Shown in pieces: positions 1-12,610 of a stretch of DNA of 64,000 nucleotides. Under the pieces are notes generated by a model. That model was given only the letters and a program-made list of their open reading frames with translations. It made no database searches and was not told where the DNA came from. Location: contig MU004182.1 of the NCBI GenBank assembly GCA_010093605.1, positions 2,403,195 to 2,467,194 on the forward strand. Direction: 5' to 3'. The translations under genes were made by a program, and so were the position numbers. This DNA comes from Lophium mytilinum (Eukaryota). Numbering within the stretch: the first letter of the stretch is position 1; each line of letters opens with the position of its first letter.

Positions 1-1
1 C

Positions 2-1667
2 TCAATGGATGAGGTGATCAGGGTCCATCCTATCGAGAGGGTCTTGGCGGTCGAATGCATATTCGATCCGCTTCTCGGGCTCCATAGCGACGATGTCGTA
101 CTCGTTGCTCTGGCCTGAAAATACCCCCCAATAGGTTGCAAAGGTCTCGAACTATTTTAAAGTCAGCTACGAAATGGCAAAGAGCTGACACGACTAGATA
201 TACCGCTGCATTGAAGCCCCATTGATCCGGTCCGGGCTCAAGGTCCTCGAAGTCTGCCACCTCTTCATCATCATATCCGTCGGCGATACTGTCGATACCA
301 TACAAGCCTTTGCCTTCGATATCGATGCCATGTGCGTTTATGTAGGCCACCACGAAGTAGGGCCAGGTCTGAGGGCTCTCGTCGCCGTTCATGTCGAATT
401 GCATAGCTGTGGTGCCTTCTTCGTCATCTGCAAAGTCCAAGAACATGGAAAGAACCATGGGGATGTTCTTGACTTTCGAGAACGGACCCAAGAGGTCGGC
501 ACGCTCAAGTGCGTTCAAGCTAGTGAGGAGAGCTCGTCCGATGATGTCCATAGTCGCAGACACGCGCGCGCCATCGTCGAGGCCTAAAGCCCATTGATCA
601 GTTATTGCGAAGCTGAATGCGATGCAGGTTTCTAGTAGCTTACCAGTCCAGTAACACAGATCACTCGTGAACAGCCAGATCGCCATGGCCTCCATACGCA
701 CGAACAGTCGATGAGGATCGCAGTTCTCCTTCTTGTACTCCTCGTGGAATGCAACCAGCTACCCGTCGTCAGCCTTCCATTCTCACTTCCGACACGGCCG
801 AGATTTGAAAACTGCTTACCTGATTCTCAATGACTTCTTGAAGTCCATAACCAGCAAAGTACATGTCGATGTACATGTCGAAGTTGTCTGGGTCCCTACA
901 AGCCGCCTCATCTTTGTAAGTGTTGACCAGATAGTTGGCCATCTTGGTCACACTCCAGCGCCACGACAGTGCCTCAGCTGGAGTCTTCTCTAAGAATTTC
1001 TTGTTTTCTTCCTGGGCCTTCTTCATCTCATCGACTCCTCCGATCTCAACTACTTCTCCGTCGAATGACTCGCCAGTTGCTTTGCGGTAAGCAGCGTTAC
1101 GCCACTCGCGACGTCGGTCCTGCCATGGGCGGGGCATGCATCGGTACTCGAGGCCCTCGGGGGATGCCATCTTTCCATGGATGATCTTCATTTGCTGTAA
1201 ATATCTCTTTAGCATTGAAGTCCGATAGCTGATTGCCCGGCTTTGGAAGGTCCGAAGGTGCATGGTTGAGAGAGGCTTTGACGAATGCTAATAGAGCGAG
1301 TTAAACCTACAGCAGCGTTCTCTGCCCCATGCTGCTCTTTCGCAGTCAGATCTTCGTTTGCGATGTCAAACATAGACGCATCGGCGTCATAGTCCGCTTC
1401 GTCCTCTTGTAAGGTGACCTCTGAGTGCTCCGAGATCTTCTCGGGAGCTTGAGCAGCACCCGCATCCTCCTCGTTCTCTACTGTCTCCGACAACTCCGCA
1501 GTCTTCTTTTGAGGTCGAGCTCGAATAGCTGTGGTAGGTTGGGCAAAGCGACTCAGTTCTCCGTTTTCCTTCTCGGTAGTCTTCACACGCTTCGAGACAC
1601 TCCTAGGCGGAGACGCAGCGGAGTTGTTGCCGTCCGTCTCGAACAGCAGCCTCTTCGTAGGAGGCAT
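2..1667 (-). CDS. Uncharacterised fungal protein, multi-exon; acidic low-complexity N-terminus and globular C-terminal part
   Basis: ATG at 1667 (MPPTKRLLF). ORFs 1209-1814, 769-1263 and 30-701 join across GT-AG introns. The last exon reads FETFATYWG...DPDHLIH* with TGA at 2-4. Contains the motif-like stretch RDPDNFDMYIDMYFAGYGLQEVIEN. Confidence 0.65.
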
Positions 1668-2248
1668 TGTCGATGATGGGGGGATGACTTGACTTGAACA
1701 AACGAATGTGATCACGAGGAGGAAAGGCTGTCGAAGCCGAGAGAGAGTGTGTACTTTGTAGGTTTGAAAGTGAGGAGCTATGCTTATAAGACATGAAATA
1801 TGAGCTTGGACCAATTGACGTCATTGCCACGCGAGACGGTTGGCTGGCACATGCCTTATTGAACATCTTAGCGAGTAGAGCATGCAATTAGCTTGCTCCG
1901 GGTGGCTAAAGTGAAGATTGATGGTGGATGAGGGAGGGGATGGAGGTTCGGCTCGAGGTGGCCCGTGCTCTATGGGCTCGTTCTGGGACCATACCTACAG
2001 CGCTCCATCACTAGCTTTAATACTATGATTGCTCAATCTTGGGCGTGCTTCTATACTAGGATGAGACTTTTAAAGTTCGGAGGATGAATACTTCCATGCA
2101 GTGCAAATCTTACTGCTGCTTAACACACTGTCTACCAACCAGTTGGGCTCCTCCTTTCAGTGGTGTCAAGCGAGCAAAATCGGAGCTGAACAATAAGTAC
2201 GTGTGCCTGGACTTATGGAATATTACTGTAATCTTTCGCCTTTTACAA

Positions 2249-4044
2249 TCAATAGTGGCCTGGCCATTGCTTCACCCATTCCGTAATTTGCTTGACCTCG
2301 AAGTCAATGACTGCTTGCGCACCGGCGTTGGCTACACCGTTTGCAGTCACGAGGTCCGAGGTGTGGTACCCACCAGGTACGACCTTGACAGGAGTTTCCT
2401 TGGTCCCTTTGAAAGGTCCTCCGGGACGAAGTTCTGCGGAAACTGTTGCCTCGCGCCACGGATCGTTGCCCCCGTTCCCGTATACTAGACGAGGAAGCGT
2501 CGTTGCATCCCTGAACGTTGTCGGGTCAGTCTGCTGAACATGACGCACGGCTAACGGAGGAAAAGGATCTAACGTACCAGCCACCGGTGAAATCGTTCAC
2601 GGCCTCGTAGGTCCGACCCCCATCCAGGCCATAGGTAAACCCGTTCTCTTCCGGGAAGAAAAGGCCACATTGACGCACCCAGTACTCCTCATCTACGAGA
2701 CGTGATACAATTGACGGACGATCTTTAGGCGCTCCCGTCTGCCAATACCCAAACGGCTCGGTGCAAGTCAACCACACCCACTGCCTGTCGACGACGTTGC
2801 TTAGAGTGTGGTCAGTGAACATGGGGTTAGATCCGTTGAAAGTGTCAAAACATTCGACGTTGTAGTCGCCCTCGAAGTAGCCGTAGCCTGCACAGAAACC
2901 GGGCAAAACGGTCTCGTTGAAAAAGCTGGCGTAGCCTGCGAGAGCCTTGTCGAGACCCACTCCCTCGGCACCAGGAACGACGCCGCTGCCCACGTTCTCC
3001 ACTGCATCGCAGAAGTCAAAGAAACCCGTGTTCCGGTAGAATTGGTTGCCCTATCAGTTATATGAGTACATATTGAAAAAGCCAGGATCGCAGATACTCA
3101 CTTGCCAAAGCCAAGGACCATTTTCCAAAGCCCTGAAGGAAAATATGTCAGTAACGGTCAATTTATAAGAATTGCTTCTAATTCTGAAGGTGTCGTCCCA
3201 CTTACGAAGCAAAATCTTGGAAGTGCTCAACTTCACCAAGACCGAACATGTCCTTGAGGGCAAACTTTTGGTCATCAGAGCCATCTGTGCCAATCTTGTC
3301 AACATGGTCCACGATGAGTGACATGTCTTTGCTGCAGTTCTTCGGCATTCCTTCTTGAACGGGCAGGAAATACTGCCAGAAATTGCCGGTAATCTCGACC
3401 ACAGCGCTGGAGGCTAGGTAAGACCAGAATGTTCCCGGAGAAGTGGAAGCCACCCATGCAGTCAATGCACCACTATAAGAACCTCCAACAAGAACCCAAG
3501 GCGCCCGATGAGCTTGGCTGGTACCATGCGGGTCGAATGGAAGCTTGGCAGTCTTCGCAAAGTGCACCAAATCGGCAATTGAGTTCTTCAGCGTTAAGTG
3601 CTGCAAGTTTTCCGTAGATAAATCGGCATAAGGAGAGGAAACACCCCAGTAGCGGTGCTCAATGATGACGACAGCGGCACCAATAGCTTCTGCAATCACT
3701 CCAGTGGTCCTGTTCGTGGTAAGGTACGAGTTGTAGCCCGTGACGTTGACCTCTCCCGGTGTCATGAGCACAACGGGTGATCCTGGACCTTTCCAGTGTT
3801 CGTTAGAATAGTAGTAAAACTGTTCGAATGTCCCAAGCTCTGGCTTGTCGTGGTCAATGTATTGGGTAAATGTCGCGTTCGCAAGCGAAGTCCGGCCAAC
3901 AGTCGGTGGATTGGGCGGATGTAGCCAATGGTTTCGATGATTTGGGCGGTCGCGTGCCGAGTATGCCATTGCGAATGGTACGTTGACTAAACATAAAGTC
4001 AAGAGCAGGACTATGCTCACGCTTCGTGTAGGAAAGACAGCCAT
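2249..4044 (-). CDS. Secreted serine peptidase, family S28 (prolyl carboxypeptidase-like)
   Basis: Signal peptide. Motifs FTQYIDH, EHRYWGVS, nucleophile GGSYSG, RQWVWLTCTEPFGYWQ, NGGNDPWR and GGYHTSDL. ORFs 3202-4044, 2526-3002 and 2249-2584 are linked by introns. Confidence 0.92.
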
Positions 4045-5037
4045 GATGCCTCGGAGGAAGATATCGGTGCTGAATTGAATGAATGAGGGGTACCAAGGGC
4101 AGCAGAGCCAACGAGCGGAATTTGATGACTTTAAGAGAACCTGGTTGCCGTGAGATCGTCACTTTTACCGGGAATAGAAGGTACATTGTTTGATTATCCG
4201 TGATTGGGGTAAACCAATGAGAAGCCCTGTCCCCGTACGCTTGTACTTACTAGGCAGGTGTCGGCGCTGGGGATCGATGTCGAGATTCTGGGATATCGCG
4301 GAAGGACGCTTGGCAATACCCTTGACAATCAAAGAGCCTGGCGAACGGTGCTTGCAATTGATGACGAGAATGCGTATTTAAAGATGTAGACATAAGGAGA
4401 CCTGCATCGTGTCTCGCCTGTACAGAGACAGACGCTGCAATGTTCCAAATACATCGTCACCGGGGCCTCACAGCCATGACTAAATAAAGCACCTGTCAAT
4501 GTAATTGAAGGTTCCCCATCACCTTCCGCTCCTGTCGTGACGTTCCGAACCCCCTCTCTCTTCTTCCGTACTAGGTACTGTCTCCCTGCCCCATTAGCAT
4601 CGCATTTGAGAAGCCTATGTTGCTAGCGAGTATGTAGTAGTATGCAATATGAGTAGACAATACTACTAAGATAATGAGCAATTAGATAATGAATAAAATG
4701 ACGCATTTGACCCAGAATTGAGAAATAGATGGAAAGTGCTGACGGAGTCTAAATTTTGCGAACGATGTATGACCTTGGAAATTGGAAAAACATGGGTTGA
4801 TTGACTGTTCTAGCTCTCGTACCCTATGCCACTGATTGTCTTATAGGACTCACAGGCGGGTAACGATGTTTCATATTACACAAGCCGTGGGAAAAGGTTG
4901 AAGCACGAGATGGCTGGGGTTGAGTGGGGCTAACGGAAATAAAAGGCTTGGCGATCTAATCTAATCTGCCCGGGAGAATCTATAGCGAAATATTTCCACC
5001 ACCAGCTGTGAAAGTCTCCTCAACCAAAGCCGCCAGC

Positions 5038-7820
5038 ATGTCGGAGAAGGCCCCCTTACGATATGGGGATATCAAAGGGCCTGCGAAGGAAGCCATAAAG
5101 CCATCCATACCTACCGAAACCCCCAATGCTATTGCCCGAGGCAAGAAACGAAAACGCGACGAAAGTCAACAGAAACTCCCCACAGACCGAACAATACCTT
5201 ACAAGACACCGCCTACCATCCCGAAGGCGCAGGCTGAGATAGTTTCACAACCAAAGGCCCCTAAGGTGAACGGCTATACCAATGGTGTCAAAAAGCTGGC
5301 AAACGGGCACAACCCTCAAGGTCCCAAAAAGGCATGGAATTCAGACAACCGCGACCGAGGAAACCCCCAGAATGGGGTTTCGCCGCATGGAAACTTCAAA
5401 AAGACACGCGAAACACTCCTCATCTCCCGCCAATCCCTCCCGATATGGTCTCACGCCAACGAAATTCGCCAGAGCCTTCGCGACTCAAAAGATGTCCTGC
5501 TTCTGACGGGTGAGACTGGTAGCGGAAAGAGTACACAGGTTCCACAGTTCCTCGTAAACGAGCCTTGGTGCACTGGTTGTATCGCGATAACACAGCCCCG
5601 TCGTATGGCAGCCATATCCTTGGCGCGTCGTGTTGCGGAGGAAATGGGCTATCCACTCGGCTCGAGGTCACTGACAAGTAAGGTCGGATACTCCGTGAGA
5701 TTCGATACCTCTACGTCGCCGGGCATGAAGATAAAGTTCTTGACCGAGGGAATGCTGTTGCAAGAAATGCTGAGCGATCCCTCGCTGAAGAAATATAGCG
5801 CTGTTGTAGTGGATGAGGTACACGAGCGGAGTGTGAACGTGGATCTTTTGCTAGGCTTTCTGAGGAACTTAGTGCTTGGAGACAAAAAGGGCAGGGGTGG
5901 CAGACCGCTGAAAGTAGTGGTTATGAGTGCGACGCAGGATACAGAAGCGTTGTGGAGGTTTTTTGACGCCGGATTTACGAAATCAGGGATACAAATGCCG
6001 AAGGCACCCAAGCAAACAAATGGCAACTCAGAAAAGCTTGAAGACTCAGACTCTTCTTGGGCAGGCATCTCGTCTGGTGATGAAAAGGCTGTGCGAAAAC
6101 GAAAGCTGGGGAAGCCGAATGGCGCCTTGAAAGAGAACGGTAAACCTCTTACCAATGGTGCCACAAAGAAGGAGCCGACCCCAGAGCCAATCCAAGTATT
6201 CTCTGATCATATGTCCATATGCTACGTCAAAGGAAGGCAACATCCCGTGAAGATATCTTATCTACCGGAACCGACACAAGATTTCGTGGAGTCTGCTCTC
6301 AAAGCCATTTTCCAAATCCATACAAAAGAACCTCTACCAGGCGATGTTCTCGTTTTTCTAACAGGACAGGAGGCCGTTGAGAGCTTGGAGAAGTTAGTAA
6401 ATGACTTCGCACCGGGGATGGACGAGAATATCCCGAAAGTGAGTGGTTATATTTCGAAGTTTCAGTTCCTAGCGAATCTCATCTGGTATTTCGTTCTATC
6501 AGTCAACTCTTTATATCATGATGAATCTGGTGTCGTTCTATGCCTAGTAAAGGGTATTGGTTACTTTTGGCACTCGAAAGTTACACAAGCTGACCGCACC
6601 AAGATCCTAGTGCTTCCGCTTTTCGCCGCCTTGCCGCAGGCCGCTCAGCAACGTATCTTTGAGCGTACCCCTGATAGAACCCGTAAAGTCATAATTGCTA
6701 CCAATATTGCCGAGACATCTGTCACAGTACCTGGTGTCCGCTATGTTATCGATGGTGGCAAAGTCAAGATCAAGCAGTTTCGGCATCGGCTAGGGCTGGA
6801 ATCCCTTCTAGTAAAGCCTATTTCCCAGTCAGCTGCCATCCAGCGGAAAGGTCGTGCCGGCCGTGAAGCTGCCGGCCATTGCTATAGATTGTACACCGAG
6901 AAAGACTACCTAGGCTTAGACCCCCGAACGCTACCCGAAATACTTCGAAGCGATCTGAGCCACTCTCTTTTGACTATGAAAGCTAGAGGCATCGACGATG
7001 TACTGGGGTTCCCGTTCTTAGATCCACCCCCCAGAGAATCTCTCGAGAAAGCACTACTTCAGCTCCTTCATCTAGGAGCCCTTACCGAGACGGGCCAAAT
7101 TAGCGATATTGGATTAAAAATAGCCAGACTCCCCCTTACCCCGGTCCTTGGACGCGCTGTCTTAGAAGCAGCTGCACCGGAAAGGGATTGCCTGGTCGAC
7201 GTCATTGATATCATTGCTTGTTTGAGTGTTGAGAACGTTTTCATTGACCTGAACTTCCTTACCGAAGAGAAGCGAGAGGAGGCTGAGAGCGCTCGACAAT
7301 ATCTCCGTCGTCGAGAAGGCGATCACATGACGTACTTGGCAACCGTTCAGGCGTTTGCGGCCGAGCATGCTGACCGGAAAGCGTGGACGCAGAAGCATTT
7401 TGTGTCCCATCGGACCATGCAGAATGTTATGGTATGTTGAAATTGACTGTATAGCGTACTCAATCTAATAATCCTTAGGACATTCGAAAACAACTCCGCC
7501 AGCAGTGTATCCAAATGAAACTTCTCTCCGCATCCGCTGATCTCAATGCCCCTCCGGCGCCATCCGAAGCGCGCACAAATGCTATTCTGCATTCCCTCCT
7601 TCGAGGGTTTGCTTCGAATACCGCCCGACTGATGCCAGATGGTAGTTACAGGACCATGATTGGGAACCAGACCGTCGCAATCCACCCAAGTAGTGTACTG
7701 TTTGGGAAGAAGGTGGAAGCGATTGTATTCAGCGACTTCGTGTTTACTACCAAGAGTTTTGCCCGAGGGGTTAGTGCAGTACAACTAGATTGGGTGAGCG
7801 ACGTTATAGCAAATCTATGA
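5038..7820 (+). CDS. DHR2: DEAH-box RNA helicase, DHR2/DHX33-like (ribosome biogenesis)
   Basis: GETGSGKST, TQPRR, DEVHER, MSAT, ATNIAETSVT and QRKGRAGR motifs, HA2/OB tail (IHPSS). Introns 6439-6603 and about 7432-7479. Confidence 0.85.
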
Positions 7821-7909
7821 CCAACTTGTAGGATTGTAGCAAAGACTAATGGAATGTCTTTCATCAATATGCAATGCTTGCACGCACTCCAACATATATG
7901 CTAATTATA

Positions 7910-9937
7910 TCATCTCCTCCGTCCCACAGCCCCAGCACCGCCTCCATCAGCAGCTTTATCGGCAATGCTAACGACTTCTCCAATACCCGCCTGCTCTTGC
8001 TCGTCCTCAAGCGCGCGAATTTCTTCGCGACAGTCCCACCATTTCTCTTCTGCATGAACGAAAGCTGTTGTCTTCAGCTCTTTGACCGATTTGCCTTGCC
8101 CGCCAGTTATCCTACTGAGCTCGTCAATGACAATTTCTTGCCATTGATTGGATGTTCGAGCATAGAAATCGCGGAGAGACTCAAAGGGCCGTGGATGCGG
8201 CAACGTATCGGTAAGCGCAGACGTCTCTTCCGCCGACCCAGCTTCTTCTTCCGGTTCCGGAACGACTCTCTCTGCGGCAGACGGCCCCTGTGACACAGAC
8301 GTGGCTGCGGTGCTCGCTGTTTCCGAATTATCATCCTCGTCCTCAGACCCCTCATCGTCTTCATCGTCCTCGCTGTCCTCGTCCTCACTGCCCTGCCAAT
8401 CCTCGATCTCCCGCTTGTAGATCTCCTTGACACCGTCCAGCTTGCCCAAATCAATCGCCCACACTTCATCAAACGTGTACTCACGATCGCCCTTTTCAAA
8501 CGTACCACCGAAGATATACAGGACATCGTCCTGCACCGTAAGCTGTGCATTAAATCTGGGATGAGGCATCTCAAAAATCTTTGGCTTTTCTTCCTTCTGC
8601 TCTTCTTCATCTTCCTCAGGCTTCGTTACCACTACAGAACCCTCGCCACCATCAAGCTTTCCCGTTGCCTCTAGTGCCGCTAGGTTCCGCAGTAACTCTT
8701 CCTCGTCTGCTTTGCCCCTTCCTCTCCTCCCTCCACGCTCGTTAACGGCTACTTTCTTTGCAAGCCTCGGCCGCCTCAAAGTCAGCGGGAAAAATCGATT
8801 GCGCTCCACATTCCATGCAAATAGATTGTTGAAAAACTCAGACTCAATCCCCTCCTCGCTCGCCTCCACGTCGTGCACGCCCCCGAAGAGGATCCCACGC
8901 CCCTTATGAAAAGCCATGGTAGCACCTGCACGCGTCGGATTCGGCGGATTCGCGGGTTTCTTCCTACGCTCCCAGTGGAACTTTGGCAGAGCTGTTTGTG
9001 GGGCATCTGCAGGCGGTGGCACAATGCGTAGGAACCAAGTATCTTGATGGATCACTGGTTTTATCACCACACGTGATCCACCACCGCCACCGCCGCCTTT
9101 GGAGGACTGTTTTCCGCCTGCGGTCGCCTTTACACGAGAGTAGCCGCCGTAGAGTACAGCACCGTTCTCGTGCGGGAGGAAAGAGAAACTGCTACGAGCG
9201 TCTGGTTTCGCGCTTGCAGGTGGCAGCACGGGACTGTGCCAAGTGAAGTTTGTGCAATCGTAGACCCACAAGTCAGCGAGATACTTGGTCGTCGCAGACG
9301 TATCTTGGAAGCCGCCCCAAAGGATAATGTAGTTTTTCCAGTAGGTCATACGGTGCCCGCTACGTGCTGGCGGAGCCGCGTTCTTGCCTTTTGACTCGAC
9401 GCGCGTCCATTCGCGAGCGATGGGTTCGAAGCGCCAGAAGTCATTGTAGTGGTAGAAGGTCCCTTGTTTAGGGGATGAGAACTCGCCTCCAAAGAGGTAG
9501 ATGTCTTTCGTGTTGCCGCCGCGGCACCATGCGTGGCCGGAGCGGGGAAGCGGCGAGTTAGGAGAGGTCACGAGGCGCCACGAGTCTTTAGAAATGTTGT
9601 AGATGAAGAGATCATTGTAGAATGAGGCGGTGGCGCCGTTGTAGTACTCCCCGCCGAAAAGCAAAAGCTCGTTGTCGCTGGCGGGGTTGGCGATGAAGGT
9701 TGAAGAGACGCGTGGTGAGGGAGGCTCGCACGGGACCTCAGTGACTTTGAGAAATTGTTCCTGTTTGCGGGCGAATTCGGCGAGTACGGCGTCAAGATCG
9801 ATGTCCTCGGCATCGCTGTCATCTTCGGGTTTGCCTTTGATCTTCACTTTCTTTTCTTTTTTGGTGGCCTTCTTTTCTTGCTTTTGGGCTACACGGACCT
9901 TTTTCTCCGCGGCTTTGGCTTTCTTGTCTTTGGCCAT
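7910..9937 (-). CDS. KEL3: Kelch-repeat protein, KEL3/KLHDC4-like, with acidic tract and DUF4110-like C-terminus
   Basis: Intronless 675-aa ORF with repeated FGG/RSGH kelch motifs and a Lys-rich N-terminus. C-terminus has PHPRPFESLRDFYART...KELK...EEKWW. Confidence 0.85.
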   Translation of the reverse strand: MAKDKKAKAAEKKVRVAQKQEKKATKKEKKVKIKGKPEDDSDAEDIDLDAVLAEFARKQEQFLKVTEVPCEPPSPRVSSTFIANPASDNELLLFGGEYYNGATASFYNDLFIYNISKDSWRLVTSPNSPLPRSGHAWCRGGNTKDIYLFGGEFSSPKQGTFYHYNDFWRFEPIAREWTRVESKGKNAAPPARSGHRMTYWKNYIILWGGFQDTSATTKYLADLWVYDCTNFTWHSPVLPPASAKPDARSSFSFLPHENGAVLYGGYSRVKATAGGKQSSKGGGGGGGSRVVIKPVIHQDTWFLRIVPPPADAPQTALPKFHWERRKKPANPPNPTRAGATMAFHKGRGILFGGVHDVEASEEGIESEFFNNLFAWNVERNRFFPLTLRRPRLAKKVAVNERGGRRGRGKADEEELLRNLAALEATGKLDGGEGSVVVTKPEEDEEEQKEEKPKIFEMPHPRFNAQLTVQDDVLYIFGGTFEKGDREYTFDEVWAIDLGKLDGVKEIYKREIEDWQGSEDEDSEDDEDDEGSEDEDDNSETASTAATSVSQGPSAAERVVPEPEEEAGSAEETSALTDTLPHPRPFESLRDFYARTSNQWQEIVIDELSRITGGQGKSVKELKTTAFVHAEEKWWDCREEIRALEDEQEQAGIGEVVSIADKAADGGGAGAVGRRR

Positions 9938-10346
9938 GGCGGCTGACGGACGACGAGCTAGTATATAGAGAAATTGCGGACTTTAAAGAGAGAGACTCTA
10001 CTTGAATGAAAATGAGTACCACCTGAATTACAATGCTTTCGTGAGTGGCGTGCTTAATAAAAACTCTGCGCTATGTCCCACAGGTGGTGTCCACCATCTA
10101 AAACCTGTGACGGACTATATTCAGGGACAGCCAGTCGAGACTGTCAAGTCACCGTGAAGAATCTTGCAAGGCTAGACGATGTGTGGTGTTGAGAATGAGC
10201 TGCACAGTTTGTGTGGGGGACCGTTAAACGTACGGGTCCTTAGCGCTTCCTCTCTTGGCTTAGCTTACTTTACAGAATAGTGTGCTTCGTCTATTTACAA
10301 CTTTCCTCCAATGTCATCTCCCCACTCTCCAGAACAACCATCAACC

Positions 10347-12145
10347 ATGGCTCTGGTGAACGCCGCCAAGATTGTGTCTCAGAAGACCTATCAAGTCCCA
10401 GGTAAAGCAGCGCAGGCATTCACTCACAATATCAATCCCGCGCACCTCTTAAAAATGAATGTTTGCTCACGACTCATCATGATCATCACCAGGGAAGCTT
10501 AAGATCACGGAACACTTCTTTGAAGTCTCACGCGATTACAGCAATCCCTCGTCAGGTCTCCTCCAGCTCTTCGCTCGCAGCTGTCAGAAAAATGAAAAAC
10601 CAGCCTCTGGTCCAGACTCCGAAGCCGACAAGAAGAGCGCTCAGCTCCCATGGCTAGTGTACCTCCAAGGCGGTCCCGGCTTCGAATGCGGCTCTCCGCA
10701 AAACAGCGCGTGGACGAACGCTGTCCTCGATAAAGGGTATCAAGTCCTATGTCTCGACCAACGTGGGACAGGCCTAAGCAGTCCGCTTTGCGCGTCCTCC
10801 CTTGGTCTCAGGGGCGACGAGAGCGTCCAGGCTAAGTACATGAAGTCGTTCCGCGCGGACAGCATCGTCAAAGACTGCGAGGCTGTGCGCAAGGCGTTGA
10901 CGAAAGACTTCGAGGGTGGTGAAGAGAAAAAGAAGTGGACTGTCATGGGCCAGAGCTTTGGCGGGTTCTGCGCTGTCACGTATCTGAGTTTCTTCTCCGA
11001 GGGCCTACGAGAAGTGTTCCTGTTCGGGGGATTGCCGCCTATGGTGGATAACCCGGACGATGTGTATGAGAGACTATACAAGAGGGTCACGGCGCGCAAC
11101 GAGGCCTATTATCGGAAGTATCCTGAAGATGTGGAGCGCGTGAAGGCGATTGTCAAGTTGCTCCAGAGATTTGGCGATAGTACGGTCAGGACTCCGAGTG
11201 GTGGAAGCTTGAGCGCGAGGAGGTTTCAGCAACTGGGGCTGCTCTTTGGAGGTCATGGTAAGATGCTTCGATCTGATATTATACACATGGTTGAAAGCTA
11301 ACGACACTAGGTGGAATTGACAAAGTTCATGGTATGTTCATTTAATTGAGGCTCTAAAAGCTTTGACTTAACAGTAGTAGAAATTGTACTCCGCGCGTCC
11401 ACCGATCTCAACCAGGTTGGACACCTAACACGAGGAACCGTCTCCGCAATTGAGCAGACTGATTCCTTTGATGACAACATCATCTACTCTATGCTACATG
11501 AGCCAATATATTGCCAGGGGTAAGTTGACTCGCGAGTTTACGACTACTTCTGCAGCTCTTCTCCGTTCAGTCGGTTAAACTCAACCTTCCGTATCACTCC
11601 CAACTCCCCCCTTACCTTTGATTTCATCTCAATTCATTTCTGTTGTGGACTCATCTCTCGCCACGGCTCCTGTTTCAGACACTGTCGTTCCTTTTCATAT
11701 CGAGAAGACTACCATCAAGTCAAATCTAATCATATCCAGACAACCGTCCAACTGGTCCGCCGAACGCCTCTTGCCCGCCTTTCCCCAATTCGCGCTCACG
11801 ACCTCCGGTCCCATCCACTTCACCGGTGAAATGATCTACCCGTTCATGTTCGATACATACGCCGAGCTGACCAAACTCTCTCACGTCGCACATAAGCTCG
11901 CCGCTGACTCGGACTGGCCTGCCCTCTACGACCTGGACCAGCTCGCGAAGAACGAGGTGCCAGTATACGCCGCAGTGTACTTGAACGACATGTACGTGGA
12001 TTACGACCTGAGCGTCGATACGGCAAGCAAGATCAAGGGATGCCAGACTTTTGTGACGAACGCGCTGTACCATAACGCGGTGCGGGCGAAGGTGGATGAT
12101 GTGTTGAAGGGAGTGTGGGCGTTGAGGGATGATGTGATCGATTAG
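10347..12145 (+). CDS. Proline iminopeptidase (alpha/beta hydrolase, family S33)
   Basis: YLQGGPGF, DQRGTGLS, FRADSIVKDCEAVR, nucleophile GQSFGG, FTGEMIYP, DMYVD and YHNAVR. Several GT-AG introns. Confidence 0.9.
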
Positions 12146-12610
12146 CTGGGTTTCTTCTCCTCTGTAGAAGTCACGCCACGAAAGATGACACTTGAAGCTT
12201 TGTTGGACCCTAGTAACTGCTGTAAGAAGAGAACTAAGTAGTACTTATACCCTACTAGTAGCAATTCTGCTCTGTCATCTGTCAGAAAAAGTCATCAGCC
12301 GCAGGAGGCTTAGCGTGAATAGAAAAGGAGAGAGGGGTAATGATGGCTTCCAGAGTGTATAAGTTTCGCTCGCATGGACACATCCACTGAGTACGAACGC
12401 AGTGACAACTACACGTGATATCTCGATTAGCCTGATCACACATCATCCATCACTTGCAGATGTCCCCAAGGCTCTTATGCCTAAGTAGGACAAATCTTAC
12501 TATGCTCAGCTTTTTATACATGCAACAGTCGGATTCTATTGGATCTGAAAACCCCTTTCTTGTCTATCATCAATTCCACAGCAGTCATTATCGTCAAATC
12601 AACACTACGT

